This document shows positions 21,267 to 32,373 of a stretch of 64,000 nucleotides of DNA, one piece after another. Origin of the DNA: an uncultured Candidatus Pelagibacter sp. (lineage in GTDB: Bacteria > Pseudomonadota > Alphaproteobacteria > Pelagibacterales > Pelagibacteraceae); contig CAZGVS010000002.1 in assembly GCA_964529275.1 (NCBI GenBank), forward strand, positions 4,064 through 68,063. Reading direction: 5' to 3'. The stretch's first letter is position 1; each line of letters begins with the position of its first letter. Under the pieces are notes generated by a model. The model had not been told where the DNA came from, searched no databases, and saw only the letters and a list, made by a program, of their open reading frames with translations. A program made the translations under genes and the position numbers.

Positions 21267-24200
21267 TTAACCTCTTATTATCTTTATCATAAAATACACT
21301 ATCTGTTACTGTTACATTTATATTTTTACTTTCCATAGGTACAATAAGTTTTCTACCTTTCATTTTTTTACCACTTTTAACAATTGCAAGTGCAATAGAT
21401 TTGTTAAGATTAGGACTAAAATAGCTAGATGTAACGTGACCCAACATTTCAATAGGCTTTTTATTTATGTCATCAACTAATTGAGCACCTTCCTCAAGTA
21501 TTACTTTAGGATCTTCTGTTATAAGTCCAACAAGTTGTTTTCTATCTTCTCTTATGGTGTCGCTTCTATAAAGCGATCTTTTTCCAATAAAATCATATTT
21601 TTTTTTACTTATTATCCAATCCATCTGTAGGTCCGAAGGTGTCAATGTCCCGTCAGTATCTTGACCGGTAATAATGAAACCTTTTTCTGCTCTTAAGAGG
21701 TGCATAGTTTCTGTTCCATAAGGAGTAATATTAAATTCTTTCCCTGCTTCTATACATAGTTCCCATATATCTTTAGCGTAGTTAGATTGAATGTTTATCT
21801 CATAACTTTGTTCTCCAGTAAAACTTATTCTCATAATTTTACAATTTACATTTTTAATAATTGAATTTTTATATGACATATGAGGGAAGTTTTGATCAGA
21901 TAAATCTAAATCTGGAATGATTTTTTGAATTATTTTTTTAGAATTTGGTCCACATACACTAATTGTTGAATAGTGATCTGTAACAGTTGTTAAATAAACA
22001 TCTAGATCTGGCCACTCTGTCTGAAGATAGTCCTCAAGTTTTGATAAAACATTAGCAGCACCTCCAGTAGTTGTTGTCATCAAATAGTGATTTTCACCAA
22101 GTCTAGTAGTTACCCCATCGTCATAAACCATTCCATCTTCATTTAACATTAGCCCGTATCTACATTTTCCAATTGCTAATTTTGACCAAGCATTTGTATA
22201 TATTCTGTTCAAAAACTCCGAAGCATCTGTTCCCTGTATATCAATTTTTCCTAATGTTGATGCATCTAAGATTCCAGCACTTTCTCTTGCAGCCTTACTC
22301 TCTCTTTGCACCGCTTCGTACATAGTTTCTCCGTTCTTAGGATAGTACCATGGTCTTTTCCATTGACCAACATTTTCGAATTCAGCTTTATTATTAACAT
22401 GCCAATTATGAATAGCAGTTCTCCTCGTGTGATCAAAAAATTTACCAACGTTTCTTCCAACAATTGTACCGAAGGTAAGGGGGGTATAAGGAGGTCTAAA
22501 TGTTGTTGTTCCCAATTCTCCCATATTGGTTCCAGTGGTATCTGCTATAATACCTAAGGCATGCATATTAGATAATTTCCCTTGATCAGTACCCATGCCA
22601 GTAGTTGTATATCTTTTGACATGTTCAATTGATTTAAAACCTTCTCTAAGAGCCAATTTGACATCTTTGGCTGTAGAGTCGTTTTGAAAATCTAGAAAGG
22701 GCTTTGTCGTAGAAAAAGGTTTATCACATGGTAGTAACCAAATGTTTTTTTTCGATATTTCTTTAGAGCAAACAATGTTAACTTTATCATAGTTTGACTT
22801 ATCTAAATTTATAAATTTCTTAACATATTTTACAGTGTTATTTATAATATCATCTAATTCGAAATCACCATTACAGGATCCGACACTAATTTGTTCTGAT
22901 GGACTTTTGTTTTCATCAGGTATAAAGATATTGTCGTCTGTTTTAAATTTTAATTTTCCACCTGATTGAGTAAAAAGATGAACCATTGGAGTCCATCCTC
23001 CCGATACACCGAGGCAATTAGAATTAAATTTAATTTTGCTACCTACTACTCCACCTCCATCATTGGATAACTTCATTACATCAAAAGATTTAATACGTTT
23101 ATAACCGAATGTATCAACGATTGTATGACCCCAAAGTATTTTTATTCCCATTCTTTGAACTTCCTTAACTACACTTGACTCGGAATTTTCTCTAATATCT
23201 ATTATTGTGTTTACATCTACTCCACTTTTGACTAATGATGCAGCCGTCTCATAAGCACTATCATTATTAGTAAATAGTGAAACATTTTTTCCTGTTTTAA
23301 CACCGTAATAATCAATATATTTTTTTATTGATGAGGAAAGAATTATACCCGGTCTATCATTGTTATTAAATATCAATGGTCTTTCTATTGAACCAGAAGC
23401 CAAAATCACTTTCTTTGCTCTTATTTTCCATAATCTTTGTCTAATTTTATTTTTTTTCTCACTAATAGTTAAATGGTCAGTTAAATTTTCTCTTGCTAGT
23501 AAATAATTATATCCATGAAAAGCTGCCAGAGTTGTACGTTTTTTTAATATTAAATTTGGATAATTTTTTAAACTCTCTATTTCCTTACTCAACCAATTAT
23601 TGGAATTTAAATCATTTATTTTAAAGCAATTATTATCCTGATAAATTGTTGATCCACCTAAAAAATTTTTATCATCTATTAATATAGTGTTTAAACCTTT
23701 TTCAGCAGATAATTTTGCCGCTAAAATTCCAGAAATTCCACCACCTACTACCAAAACATCACAGTGTGCAAATTGATGATCGTACAAATCTTTATCAGGT
23801 TCAGTGGGTGCTTTTCCTAAACCAGCTGAATGTCTTATAAAGTACTCATATTTTTCCCAAAAACTAGACGGCCACATAAAAGTTTTATAGTAAAATCCTG
23901 CAGGTAGAAGAGGGGATAATAAATTATTTATTCCCCCAATATCAAATTTTACACTAGGCCAACAATTTTGACTAAATGCTTCTAAGCCTTCGTATAACTC
24001 AATTTCTGTAGCTCTTACATTTGGCTCTGTAAGTGATGGGTCATTTCCCACTTGAACAATTGCGTTTGGCTCCTCTGAGCCACAAGTCATTATACCTCTT
24101 GGTCGATGATATTTAAAACTTCTTCCCACCAAATGTATGTCATTTGATAATAAAGCAGATGCTAAGGTATCACCTTTAAAGCCAAAGAGTTTTTGACCAT

Positions 24201-24270
24201 TAAATTTAAATGATATTCTTATAGTTTGATCAACAAAGTTGTTCTTATTAATTCTAAGTGTGCTAGACAT
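21259..24270 (-). CDS. soxA: Sarcosine oxidase alpha subunit
   Basis: GDTLASALL, RSFKYHRPRG, KRYTTTGMGTDQGK, C-terminal GcvT-like folate domain. Confidence 0.96.
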   Translation of the reverse strand: MSSTLRINKNNFVDQTIRISFKFNGQKLFGFKGDTLASALLSNDIHLVGRSFKYHRPRGIMTCGSEEPNAIVQVGNDPSLTEPNVRATEIELYEGLEAFSQNCWPSVKFDIGGINNLLSPLLPAGFYYKTFMWPSSFWEKYEYFIRHSAGLGKAPTEPDKDLYDHQFAHCDVLVVGGGISGILAAKLSAEKGLNTILIDDKNFLGGSTIYQDNNCFKINDLNSNNWLSKEIESLKNYPNLILKKRTTLAAFHGYNYLLARENLTDHLTISEKKNKIRQRLWKIRAKKVILASGSIERPLIFNNNDRPGIILSSSIKKYIDYYGVKTGKNVSLFTNNDSAYETAASLVKSGVDVNTIIDIRENSESSVVKEVQRMGIKILWGHTIVDTFGYKRIKSFDVMKLSNDGGGVVGSKIKFNSNCLGVSGGWTPMVHLFTQSGGKLKFKTDDNIFIPDENKSPSEQISVGSCNGDFELDDIINNTVKYVKKFINLDKSNYDKVNIVCSKEISKKNIWLLPCDKPFSTTKPFLDFQNDSTAKDVKLALREGFKSIEHVKRYTTTGMGTDQGKLSNMHALGIIADTTGTNMGELGTTTFRPPYTPLTFGTIVGRNVGKFFDHTRRTAIHNWHVNNKAEFENVGQWKRPWYYPKNGETMYEAVQRESKAARESAGILDASTLGKIDIQGTDASEFLNRIYTNAWSKLAIGKCRYGLMLNEDGMVYDDGVTTRLGENHYLMTTTTGGAANVLSKLEDYLQTEWPDLDVYLTTVTDHYSTISVCGPNSKKIIQKIIPDLDLSDQNFPHMSYKNSIIKNVNCKIMRISFTGEQSYEINIQSNYAKDIWELCIEAGKEFNITPYGTETMHLLRAEKGFIITGQDTDGTLTPSDLQMDWIISKKKYDFIGKRSLYRSDTIREDRKQLVGLITEDPKVILEEGAQLVDDINKKPIEMLGHVTSSYFSPNLNKSIALAIVKSGKKMKGRKLIVPMESKNINVTVTDSVFYDKDNKRLNA

Positions 24271-24272
24271 AA

Positions 24273-24548
24273 TTATTTAATAGGTGGCTTCTCTCCCATT
24301 TTATAAGTTGCGTGAATTTTGTCGTTGGAGGTATCTCTAACCATATTAAACCATTTTCTACATCCATGACTGTGATTCCATCTTTCAAATTGAATACCTT
24401 TGATATTTTTTCTCATAAATAAGTACTCAGCCCATTGATCATCACTTAATTCAGTTGGTTGTTTAGGTCTTTCAATATGTGCCTCACCACCACAGGAAAA
24501 TTCTAATTGATCTCGGTCACCACAATAAGGACAAGTAATTATAAACAT
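24273..24548 (-). CDS. soxD: Sarcosine oxidase delta subunit
   Basis: CPYCG..EF..GGEAH, HSHGCRKWF..RDT. Confidence 0.95.
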   Translation of the reverse strand: MFIITCPYCGDRDQLEFSCGGEAHIERPKQPTELSDDQWAEYLFMRKNIKGIQFERWNHSHGCRKWFNMVRDTSNDKIHATYKMGEKPPIK

Positions 24549-24550
24549 TT

Positions 24551-25804
24551 TTAATGTGCAACAGCAGCAGCACCATGTTCGTCAACTAGATCACCACTGG
24601 CAAATCTATTTATATTAAATGCTTCATTAAGCTTATGAGGTTCATCGTTAGCAATAGTATGAGCAAATAGATCTCCAGATCCTGGTGTTGCTTTAAAACC
24701 ACCTGTACCCCAACCACAATTAAAATAGAGACCTTTAATTTGTGTTTTACTTATTATTGGGCTTGCATCTGGGCATATGTCAACAATTCCACCCCATTGT
24801 CTTAACATTTTCATTCTACTAAAAATTGGATAAAGTTCTAAGATAGCTTTTAAAGTTCCCTCGGCAATATTGTGACTACCTTTTTGTGTATAAGAAACAT
24901 AGTCATCTGTGCCTGCTCCTATTACAAGCTCACCTTTATCAGATTGACTAACGTAAGCATGAACTGCATTTGACATAACTACTGTGTCGATTATGGGTTT
25001 TACTGGCTCGGATACCAATGCTTGCAATGGTTTACTTTCTAATGGAAGTTTAATACCCGCCATGTTTGCTATAACACTCGAATGACCTGCAGCAACAACA
25101 CCAACTTTTTTTGTTTTTATAAATCCCTTTGAGGTTTCAACTCCATCTATTTGATCTCCATTTCTTTTAATACCCTTTACCTCGCAGTTTTGAATTATAT
25201 CTACACCCATTTCGTCAGCACCTCTAGCGTAACCCCAGGCCACAGCATCATGTCTTGCTGTACCAGCTCTTCTCTGAAGAGTTCCACCAAGAACTGGGTA
25301 TCTAATTTTTGGCGATGTATTTATAATTGGACAAAATTTTTTTACTTTCTCTGTATCGAGCCAAACTGCATCAATTCCGTTTAGTCTGTTTGCATGGGTT
25401 CTTCTCTTTAAATCTCTTACATCTTGAAGATTATGGGCTAAATTCATAACTCCTCTTTGGCTGAACATTACATTGTAATTTAATTCTTGTGATAATTGTT
25501 CCCAGATTTTTAGCGCATGATCATAAAGAGCAGCACTTGCGTCCCATAAATAATTTGATCTTATTATGGTGGTATTTCTCCCAGTATTACCACCACCAAT
25601 CCAACCTTTTTCTAAAACTGCGATATTTGTAATATTATGTTTTTTGGCCAAATAGTAAGCAGTTGCTAATCCATGACCACCGCCACCTATAATTATAGCG
25701 TCGTACTCTTTCTTTGGTTCAGGATCTCTCCAAGCTCTTTGCCAATTTTCATGACCGCTAAATGCATTTTTAATTAGTGAAAATATTGAGTATTTATTTT
25801 TCAT
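24551..25804 (-). CDS. soxB: Sarcosine oxidase beta subunit
   Basis: [48 protein letters not shown]. Confidence 0.97.
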   Translation of the reverse strand: MKNKYSIFSLIKNAFSGHENWQRAWRDPEPKKEYDAIIIGGGGHGLATAYYLAKKHNITNIAVLEKGWIGGGNTGRNTTIIRSNYLWDASAALYDHALKIWEQLSQELNYNVMFSQRGVMNLAHNLQDVRDLKRRTHANRLNGIDAVWLDTEKVKKFCPIINTSPKIRYPVLGGTLQRRAGTARHDAVAWGYARGADEMGVDIIQNCEVKGIKRNGDQIDGVETSKGFIKTKKVGVVAAGHSSVIANMAGIKLPLESKPLQALVSEPVKPIIDTVVMSNAVHAYVSQSDKGELVIGAGTDDYVSYTQKGSHNIAEGTLKAILELYPIFSRMKMLRQWGGIVDICPDASPIISKTQIKGLYFNCGWGTGGFKATPGSGDLFAHTIANDEPHKLNEAFNINRFASGDLVDEHGAAAVAH

Positions 25805-25866
25805 TTTTTACCAAAATACTTTATAAATATTGAATATTCAATGGTTTCAAGTTACACACTATTAAA

Positions 25867-25961
25867 GGAAGGATGGGTGAGCTGGTTTAAACCAGCGGTT
25901 TGCTAAACCGCCGTACGCTTGAAAAGGTGTACCGAGGGTTCGAATCCCTCTCCTTCCGCCA
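25867..25961 (+). tRNA. tRNA-Ser (anticodon GCT), long variable arm, encoded CCA
   Basis: GGAAGGA/TCCTTCC acceptor stem, GCGGT-TTGCTAA-ACCGC anticodon arm, GGTTCGAATCC T-loop, 3' GCCA. Confidence 0.97.
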
Positions 25962-28175
25962 TTAATAAAGAGGATCGTTTTTGAAGAAATCTTTAAGTTT
26001 TACAGGGTTTTGTTCTAGAATATATCTGTATACATTATAATTTTCCAAAACTCTTTGAACATAATTTCTAGTTTCTTTAAACTTAATGAGCTCAATCCAA
26101 TTTACATAATCAATCTTTCCTTGTTGAGGATTTTTATTTATTTTTTTCCAATATCTCACTCTTTTTGGACCAGCGTTATAAGCAGCTATAGCGAAAGGAT
26201 ATGAACCATCGTATTCTAGTATTAATCCAGCGATGTAATACGACCCTAAATTTATGTTATATTCAGGATCTTTGGTTAATCTAGACTTAGAGTAGGGAAG
26301 CTTAGCTTGTTTTGCTACAACTTTAGCAGTGTAAGGCATAAGTTGCATTAATCCTTTTGCGCCAGCATGACTATGTGCACTTAAATCAAATTCGCTTTCT
26401 TGCCTTATAATAGAAAGAATAAGTGCTGCTTCAGGAATTTTACGTTTATTAATATAATTTGGTGTGCTTATAACTGGATAATTATATTTATTATGAAATC
26501 TTTTTTCATATGAAGCTAATTTAGAAACTTGTATGGAAAAATCAAATCTTGAAATATCAGTTGCAAGTTTTGCTGCCAAAACCTCACTTCCTCCGCTAAT
26601 ATTTTTGTTCGCTAAATTTCTTAAAATATGTTTGGTATATTTATCTTTATCAATTGCATTTAATAAATAAACTAGTTTAACTAGATCACTTTTGTTAAAA
26701 TTTTCTGCATATTTTTTGTCAACAACCATTAATTCATCTAAGCTAAATTTCTGATCAGGATAGACTTTCATATGAGATAATTGACCATAATAAGTTGTTA
26801 AGTATTTTGCACTATCTTTGTACCAAAAATTTGACTTTTCTATATCCCCCAATTTTTCATACGATCTTCCCAACCAATAAGCACCTCTAGATAAGCTAAT
26901 TGGATATCCAACATTTTCATGAAAGTTTATAAAATGATCTTTTGCTCTCATTGGATCGTTTAAAAAGGTTAATGCTATCCAACCACTCATCCATTCGGCT
27001 TCAGCAAAATCAGGTCCATCCGTCATTCCATGATTGCTTGAAATTTTATATGCGTTTGTAAACTGTTTTTTATAAATCAATGATCTTGAAATAATTGATC
27101 TTTCTTTCCACCATTTATCAGGTCTTACCATATATTCTTTTGTATTTTTAATATTGAGTAAAATTTCTAAAGAACTATCTACTCTTCCTCTCTTACGACG
27201 CCATTTAAGTCTATCATAATTTAACCCAGGATCGTTTTTCATATTTTCTGGTACTTTGCTTATAGCATTGTCAACTCCATATGATTTACTCATTAAAAGT
27301 TGTCTGGCTGTATACAATAATTGATAATCTTTAGGCAGATATCTAATCATTCTTTTTAAATCCCAATATTTATTTTCCCAAGCAAGATAATCAGCTCTTT
27401 TAATATTGTCTTCTTTTGATAAATATTTTTTATATTTTTTTCTAAAAAATTTAAGCTCAGATTTTGTAAGATCTGCAGTTATCCATCCTTTTTTAATTTT
27501 ATTTATTCCTTCAGCTGTGTTGCCAATTTCTATTAGGCTTTCTCCCAAAATCATTCTCCCGTACCCACTTAGAACCTCATTTGTATTAAACCATTTTATA
27601 ATTTGATCAGGGCTATAATTTTTTGTAGATAATTTATGCTCTGCTAAATATTTGATTCTACCTATTCTTGGGTAATCAGGATTCCTATCAATAAATGATT
27701 TATAAATTGCAAAGCTAGCTTGATTACCTGCCGTAAGCAAATGTCTCCATTTAATAAAATCATATATAATTTTATTTTTCGATTTTCTTGCTATTTTTTC
27801 AGCTTCAGACCATTTTCTTCTCTCTACAAGTTTGATGGCTTCTAAGGCTAATTTTAGTTCTTTATTTGTGAAATCTTTAATTTTTTTTAATTTATTGTCT
27901 TGTTTTTTAACCACAAGAGGTTTTGCTTTAGGTAATAATACACCATCTACAACCTCTTTTTTTTTAACTATTTTGTTTGGAACCTCTACCTCTTTTACCT
28001 TAAATACAGGTTTCTTTTTGGGAATTATAGCATTGGATGATATTTTTTTTTCCTTAACTTCTTTAGACAATAGTGGTTTTTTAGGTGGTATTAAAAGATC
28101 TAATGCTATTGCATTGACAATGAAAGTTAAAAAAATTAAGTAGATAAATAGAATTTTTTTATAAAGAGTTTTCAT
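25962..28175 (-). CDS. Soluble lytic murein transglycosylase (Slt70-like)
   Basis: Signal peptide, helical repeats, IIRQESEF, GAKGLMQLMP, AAYNAGP, ETRNYVQRV. Confidence 0.93.
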   Translation of the reverse strand: MKTLYKKILFIYLIFLTFIVNAIALDLLIPPKKPLLSKEVKEKKISSNAIIPKKKPVFKVKEVEVPNKIVKKKEVVDGVLLPKAKPLVVKKQDNKLKKIKDFTNKELKLALEAIKLVERRKWSEAEKIARKSKNKIIYDFIKWRHLLTAGNQASFAIYKSFIDRNPDYPRIGRIKYLAEHKLSTKNYSPDQIIKWFNTNEVLSGYGRMILGESLIEIGNTAEGINKIKKGWITADLTKSELKFFRKKYKKYLSKEDNIKRADYLAWENKYWDLKRMIRYLPKDYQLLYTARQLLMSKSYGVDNAISKVPENMKNDPGLNYDRLKWRRKRGRVDSSLEILLNIKNTKEYMVRPDKWWKERSIISRSLIYKKQFTNAYKISSNHGMTDGPDFAEAEWMSGWIALTFLNDPMRAKDHFINFHENVGYPISLSRGAYWLGRSYEKLGDIEKSNFWYKDSAKYLTTYYGQLSHMKVYPDQKFSLDELMVVDKKYAENFNKSDLVKLVYLLNAIDKDKYTKHILRNLANKNISGGSEVLAAKLATDISRFDFSIQVSKLASYEKRFHNKYNYPVISTPNYINKRKIPEAALILSIIRQESEFDLSAHSHAGAKGLMQLMPYTAKVVAKQAKLPYSKSRLTKDPEYNINLGSYYIAGLILEYDGSYPFAIAAYNAGPKRVRYWKKINKNPQQGKIDYVNWIELIKFKETRNYVQRVLENYNVYRYILEQNPVKLKDFFKNDPLY

Positions 28176-28216
28176 AAATTTTTTAAATGAATCTATAAAC
28201 TATGTTATAAATATTT

Positions 28217-29098
28217 ATGTTTAAAGGATCAAATGTTGCTATTGTTACCCCATTTAAGAATAATAAGCTAGATGAAGAGGCTTATCTTAAATTAATTAAT
28301 TTTCATTTAGAAAATGGTACTAACGGTCTGGTGCCTGCCGGTACAACTGGTGAGTCACCTACCTTGAGTCATGATGAGCATGAAAAAGTAATTGAGTTAT
28401 GTATAAAAGAAGCCAAAGGAAAAGTTCCAGTTATTGCAGGTACAGGATCTAATTCAACAGAGGAAGCTGTAGCTTTAACAAAACATGCTGAAAAGATGGG
28501 AGCAGATGGAGCTTTAGTCGTTACTCCGTATTATAATAAACCTACTCAAGAAGGTTTGTATCAGCACTACAAGCAGATAAATGATAATACAACTTTACCT
28601 ATTATTATTTACAATATTCCAAGTCGTTGCGTTATAGATATGACAGTTGATACTATGGCAAGATTATTTGAATTAAAAAATATTGCTGGTGTTAAAGATG
28701 CAACCGGCGACTTAAATAGACTAGATGAAACTATAAAAAAACTTGGTAATGAATTTATTCAATTGACTGGAGAGGATGGTTTAGCGTTACAATTTAATAA
28801 AAGAGGTGGCGTAGGTGTTATATCTGTTACAGCAAACATAGCTCCAAAACTATGTTCTGAAATGCAAAAATTTTCTAAATCAAAATCAGATAATGAAATT
28901 AAAGAAGCAGAAAGAATCGATAAAATTTTACAACCAGTTCACAAATCACTGTTTATAGAAAGTAATCCTGCTCCAGTAAAGTATGCTGCAAAATTATTAG
29001 GTTTATGTAGTGACGAAATTAGATTACCATTAGTAAAAATTAGTAAACAAACAGAAGAAGAGGTTGAGAAAGCTTTAAAATCTGCCGAATTATTATAA
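28217..29098 (+). CDS. dapA: 4-hydroxy-tetrahydrodipicolinate synthase
   Basis: [32 protein letters not shown]. Confidence 0.98.
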   Translation: MFKGSNVAIVTPFKNNKLDEEAYLKLINFHLENGTNGLVPAGTTGESPTLSHDEHEKVIELCIKEAKGKVPVIAGTGSNSTEEAVALTKHAEKMGADGALVVTPYYNKPTQEGLYQHYKQINDNTTLPIIIYNIPSRCVIDMTVDTMARLFELKNIAGVKDATGDLNRLDETIKKLGNEFIQLTGEDGLALQFNKRGGVGVISVTANIAPKLCSEMQKFSKSKSDNEIKEAERIDKILQPVHKSLFIESNPAPVKYAAKLLGLCSDEIRLPLVKISKQTEEEVEKALKSAELL

Positions 29099-29568
29099 TG
29101 AAGAAAAAAACCAATTCTGGTTTAAAAATTATTTCGCATAATAGAAAAGCAAGTTTTAATTATTTTTTTAAAGATCTTATAGAAGCTGGAATTGTTTTAA
29201 AAGGATCGGAAATTAAATCAGTTAGACAAGGAAAGGTAAATATTGCTGAATCTTATGCTGTTGAAAAAAAAGGTGAAATATTTTTAGTAAACTCACACAT
29301 ACCACAGTATAAAGAAGCTAGTTATTCTAATCATAATCCATATTCTGAGAGGAAATTGTTATTTACAAAAAAAGAAATTAATAAATTAATAGGTCAAGTG
29401 AATGAGGATGGTTTTGCCTTAGTACCAACCAAAATGTATTTTAAAAAGGGTAAAGCTAAAATTGAAATTGCAGTAGCAAAAGGAAAAAAACTACACGACA
29501 AGCGACAAACAAAAAAAACAAAAGATTGGAACCGTGAAAAAGCAAGATATTTCAGAAAAAGCAGCTAA
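29098..29568 (+). CDS. smpB: SsrA-binding protein
   Basis: [25 protein letters not shown]. Confidence 0.97.
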   Translation: MKKKTNSGLKIISHNRKASFNYFFKDLIEAGIVLKGSEIKSVRQGKVNIAESYAVEKKGEIFLVNSHIPQYKEASYSNHNPYSERKLLFTKKEINKLIGQVNEDGFALVPTKMYFKKGKAKIEIAVAKGKKLHDKRQTKKTKDWNREKARYFRKSS

Positions 29569-30061
29569 TCTTGTATATTTGTCAATAGGTTCAAATTTAG
29601 GTAATAGAATACAAAATATAGAAAATACGAAATCACTTATTTTGTCTAATAATATAAAAATACTATCTATCTCATCTTATTACGAAACTCCATCATGGCC
29701 AAACTCTAAATTTCCAAAATTCCTAAATATCGTTCTAAAAATAAATACAATATTAGAAATTTTAGATTTATTTTTACTTATCAAAAATATTGAAAAAATT
29801 ATGGGTAGAAAAATAAATAAAAAAAATTATCCAAGAGTATGTGATATTGATATTATTGATTATAATAATAAAATTTACTCACAATTATTTAATAATCATG
29901 AGATTATATGTCCACATCCAAGAATGAAAGATAGAAATTTTGTTCTATTTCCATTGTATGAGCTAAATCAAGAATGGATACATCCCAAAACTAATGAAAA
30001 TATTACAGAATTATTGTCAAAATTACATATAAATAGAATAAGAGGTATTAAAGTTATCTGA
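29534..30061 (+). CDS. folK: HPPK (dihydropteridine diphosphokinase)
   Basis: [34 protein letters not shown]; exact start uncertain. Confidence 0.93.
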   Translation: MKKQDISEKAANLVYLSIGSNLGNRIQNIENTKSLILSNNIKILSISSYYETPSWPNSKFPKFLNIVLKINTILEILDLFLLIKNIEKIMGRKINKKNYPRVCDIDIIDYNNKIYSQLFNNHEIICPHPRMKDRNFVLFPLYELNQEWIHPKTNENITELLSKLHINRIRGIKVI

Positions 30062-30080
30062 ATAAATGTTATAATAAATT

Positions 30081-31826
30081 ATGCTCAAATCTGATGATTT
30101 AATAAATAAAGTAAAATCTTACAATAGATTTTTGAATCCTGATACACTATCCAAAGCCTATGATTTTGCATTAAAGGCTCATGAAAAACAAAAAAGAGAT
30201 GAGGGATCTCCATATATTATCCACCCTGTTGCTGTAGCCAATATACTAACAGAACTTAAATTAGATAGTGCAACTATAGCCACTGGTTTGTTACATGACA
30301 CGATCGAAGATACAAATGCAACATACAAAACTATTGAAAAAGAATTTGGGAAAGAAGTTGCGGATTTAGTAGACGGTGTTACAAAAATTTCAGCTTTTGA
30401 GAGTCAGGCTGCTTCTAACTCTAAAGCAGAAAATTTTAGAAAATTAATTCTTGCTACTTCAAAGGATATAAGGGTTTTATTAGTAAAATTGGCAGACAGA
30501 CTCCACAATATGAGAACCATTAAATTTGTGACAAATAAAGAAAAACAAATTAGGAAAGCAAAGGAAACTATGGAGATATATGCTCCTTTAGCTGACAGAA
30601 TGGGAATGAATAGAATTAAGGATGAATTAGAAGACTTATGTTTTGAGGTTCTTAATCCAGAAGCTAGAAAACTAATTAAAGATAGACTCATCAGCATTAA
30701 AGAGGCTAATGAAATTAGTTTTAACTCAGTTTCTGACGAATTAAAAATCTTATTAAATAATAAAAGAATAAATTGTAAAATATTTGGTAGAGAAAAAACT
30801 CCTTTTTCTTTGTGGAAAAAAGTTCAAAAAAAAAGAACCTCGTTAGAACAAATGACTGACATAATTGGCTTTAGAGTGATTTTAAATAATATAGATGAAT
30901 GTTATAAAGCTATGGGTGTTTTTCATACTAACTGGAATTGTATACCAGGAAGATTTAAAGATTATATTTCTTCACCTAAAATTAACAATTATCAATCATT
31001 ACATACAGCAGTTATTGGACCTAATAACAGACCTATAGAGATACAATTAAGAACTATGGGAATGCACGAATACGCTCAACGTGGTATAGCATCACATTGG
31101 AGCTATAAGTCATCTGAAAAATATAGTTCATTAACTTGGAAAGAATACGATTGGTTAGCAGATTTAGTTGAAATTATAGATAAAAATGAAAACCCTGAAG
31201 ATTCATACGAATTTACTAAATTACAAATGTTTCAAGAAAACGTTTTTTGTTTCACCCCCAAAGGTTCAGTTATCAAATTACCAAAAGATGCAACACCAAT
31301 TGATTTTGCATATGCTGTACATACTAAAATAGGTGATAAAGCTATAGGTTGTGAAATCAATGGAAAAGAATCAGATATGCAGTCATTGCTAATTAACGGC
31401 GATGTAATAAAAATAATTACATCAAAAAAAGTTTCACCATCTTTACACTGGGTTTCTACAGCCAAAACTGGTAAAGCACGAGCGGCTATAAGAAGATATT
31501 GGCAAAACAAAGAGAATAATGGAACAGCAAGAAACAAGGAATATAACACTACATTATGGATATCACTGACAGATAAACCCGGTGTTTTAGGAGAAGTTAC
31601 CTCGTTAATTGGAAACAATAAAGTTAATATTACTAGCGTCGAAATGGTCGAAAAGACTAAAAGCACCATAAATTTTCATTTTAATCTTTTAATTAACGAC
31701 TTGAAAAACTTTACAAATGTAATCAGTCAGCTAAAACAAAAAGAATACAGTTTTAAAATAATTAGACACAAAAATACAAAATATGCTTTCTTTAAAAAAC
31801 TCATTGGAAGTTTTAAGAAAAACTAA
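30081..31826 (+). CDS. spoT: RelA/SpoT homologue, bifunctional (p)ppGpp synthetase/hydrolase, shortened
   Basis: HD motif LHDTIED, synthetase RFKDY/YQSLHT/EIQLRT, TGS (DFAYAVHT), C-terminal ACT. Confidence 0.95.
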   Translation: MLKSDDLINKVKSYNRFLNPDTLSKAYDFALKAHEKQKRDEGSPYIIHPVAVANILTELKLDSATIATGLLHDTIEDTNATYKTIEKEFGKEVADLVDGVTKISAFESQAASNSKAENFRKLILATSKDIRVLLVKLADRLHNMRTIKFVTNKEKQIRKAKETMEIYAPLADRMGMNRIKDELEDLCFEVLNPEARKLIKDRLISIKEANEISFNSVSDELKILLNNKRINCKIFGREKTPFSLWKKVQKKRTSLEQMTDIIGFRVILNNIDECYKAMGVFHTNWNCIPGRFKDYISSPKINNYQSLHTAVIGPNNRPIEIQLRTMGMHEYAQRGIASHWSYKSSEKYSSLTWKEYDWLADLVEIIDKNENPEDSYEFTKLQMFQENVFCFTPKGSVIKLPKDATPIDFAYAVHTKIGDKAIGCEINGKESDMQSLLINGDVIKIITSKKVSPSLHWVSTAKTGKARAAIRRYWQNKENNGTARNKEYNTTLWISLTDKPGVLGEVTSLIGNNKVNITSVEMVEKTKSTINFHFNLLINDLKNFTNVISQLKQKEYSFKIIRHKNTKYAFFKKLIGSFKKN

Positions 31827-32373
31827 CGCATTGTTAGAAGGTCATTTTGTTTTATCATCTGGGCTACATTCACCAATGTATATTCAATGTGCAAAATTGC
31901 TTAGTCATCCTCGTGATTCAAAAAATTTATGCAAATCTTTGAGTAAAAAAATAAAAAGAAAATTTAAAAAAATTGATTTAATTTTATCACCAGCAATGGG
32001 CGGTATAATTATAGGTTACGAGATAGGGAGATTGTTAAATAAAGAAACAATTTTTGCGGAAAGAGTAAACGGCAAATTTTCATTAAGAAGAGGCTTTACT
32101 ATTAAAAAAAATTCAAAAGTTTTAATTATCGAGGATGTTATTACTACTGGTAAATCAAGTCTTGAGTGTGTTAAATTAATAAATAAATCTAAAGCAAAAT
32201 TATTAGGATTTGCAGCAATTATTAATAGATCAAATCAAAAAACTTTAAAAATAAAAGGAAAAAAAATTGTCTCCCAAATTTCAATTAAGGTTCCAACTTT
32301 TAAAAAAAAAAATTTACCTGATTATTTAAAAAAAATTCCAGTAACAACACCGGGAAGTAGATTTATAAAATGA
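31783..32373 (+). CDS. pyrE: Orotate phosphoribosyltransferase
   Basis: GHFVLSSGLHS, IIEDVITTGKS PRPP motif. Confidence 0.96.
   Translation: MLSLKNSLEVLRKTNALLEGHFVLSSGLHSPMYIQCAKLLSHPRDSKNLCKSLSKKIKRKFKKIDLILSPAMGGIIIGYEIGRLLNKETIFAERVNGKFSLRRGFTIKKNSKVLIIEDVITTGKSSLECVKLINKSKAKLLGFAAIINRSNQKTLKIKGKKIVSQISIKVPTFKKKNLPDYLKKIPVTTPGSRFIK

Noticed and set aside
25867-25961. tRNA-Ser as an island integration site
   Set aside because: Flanked by core genes; no duplicated 3' end or integrase nearby
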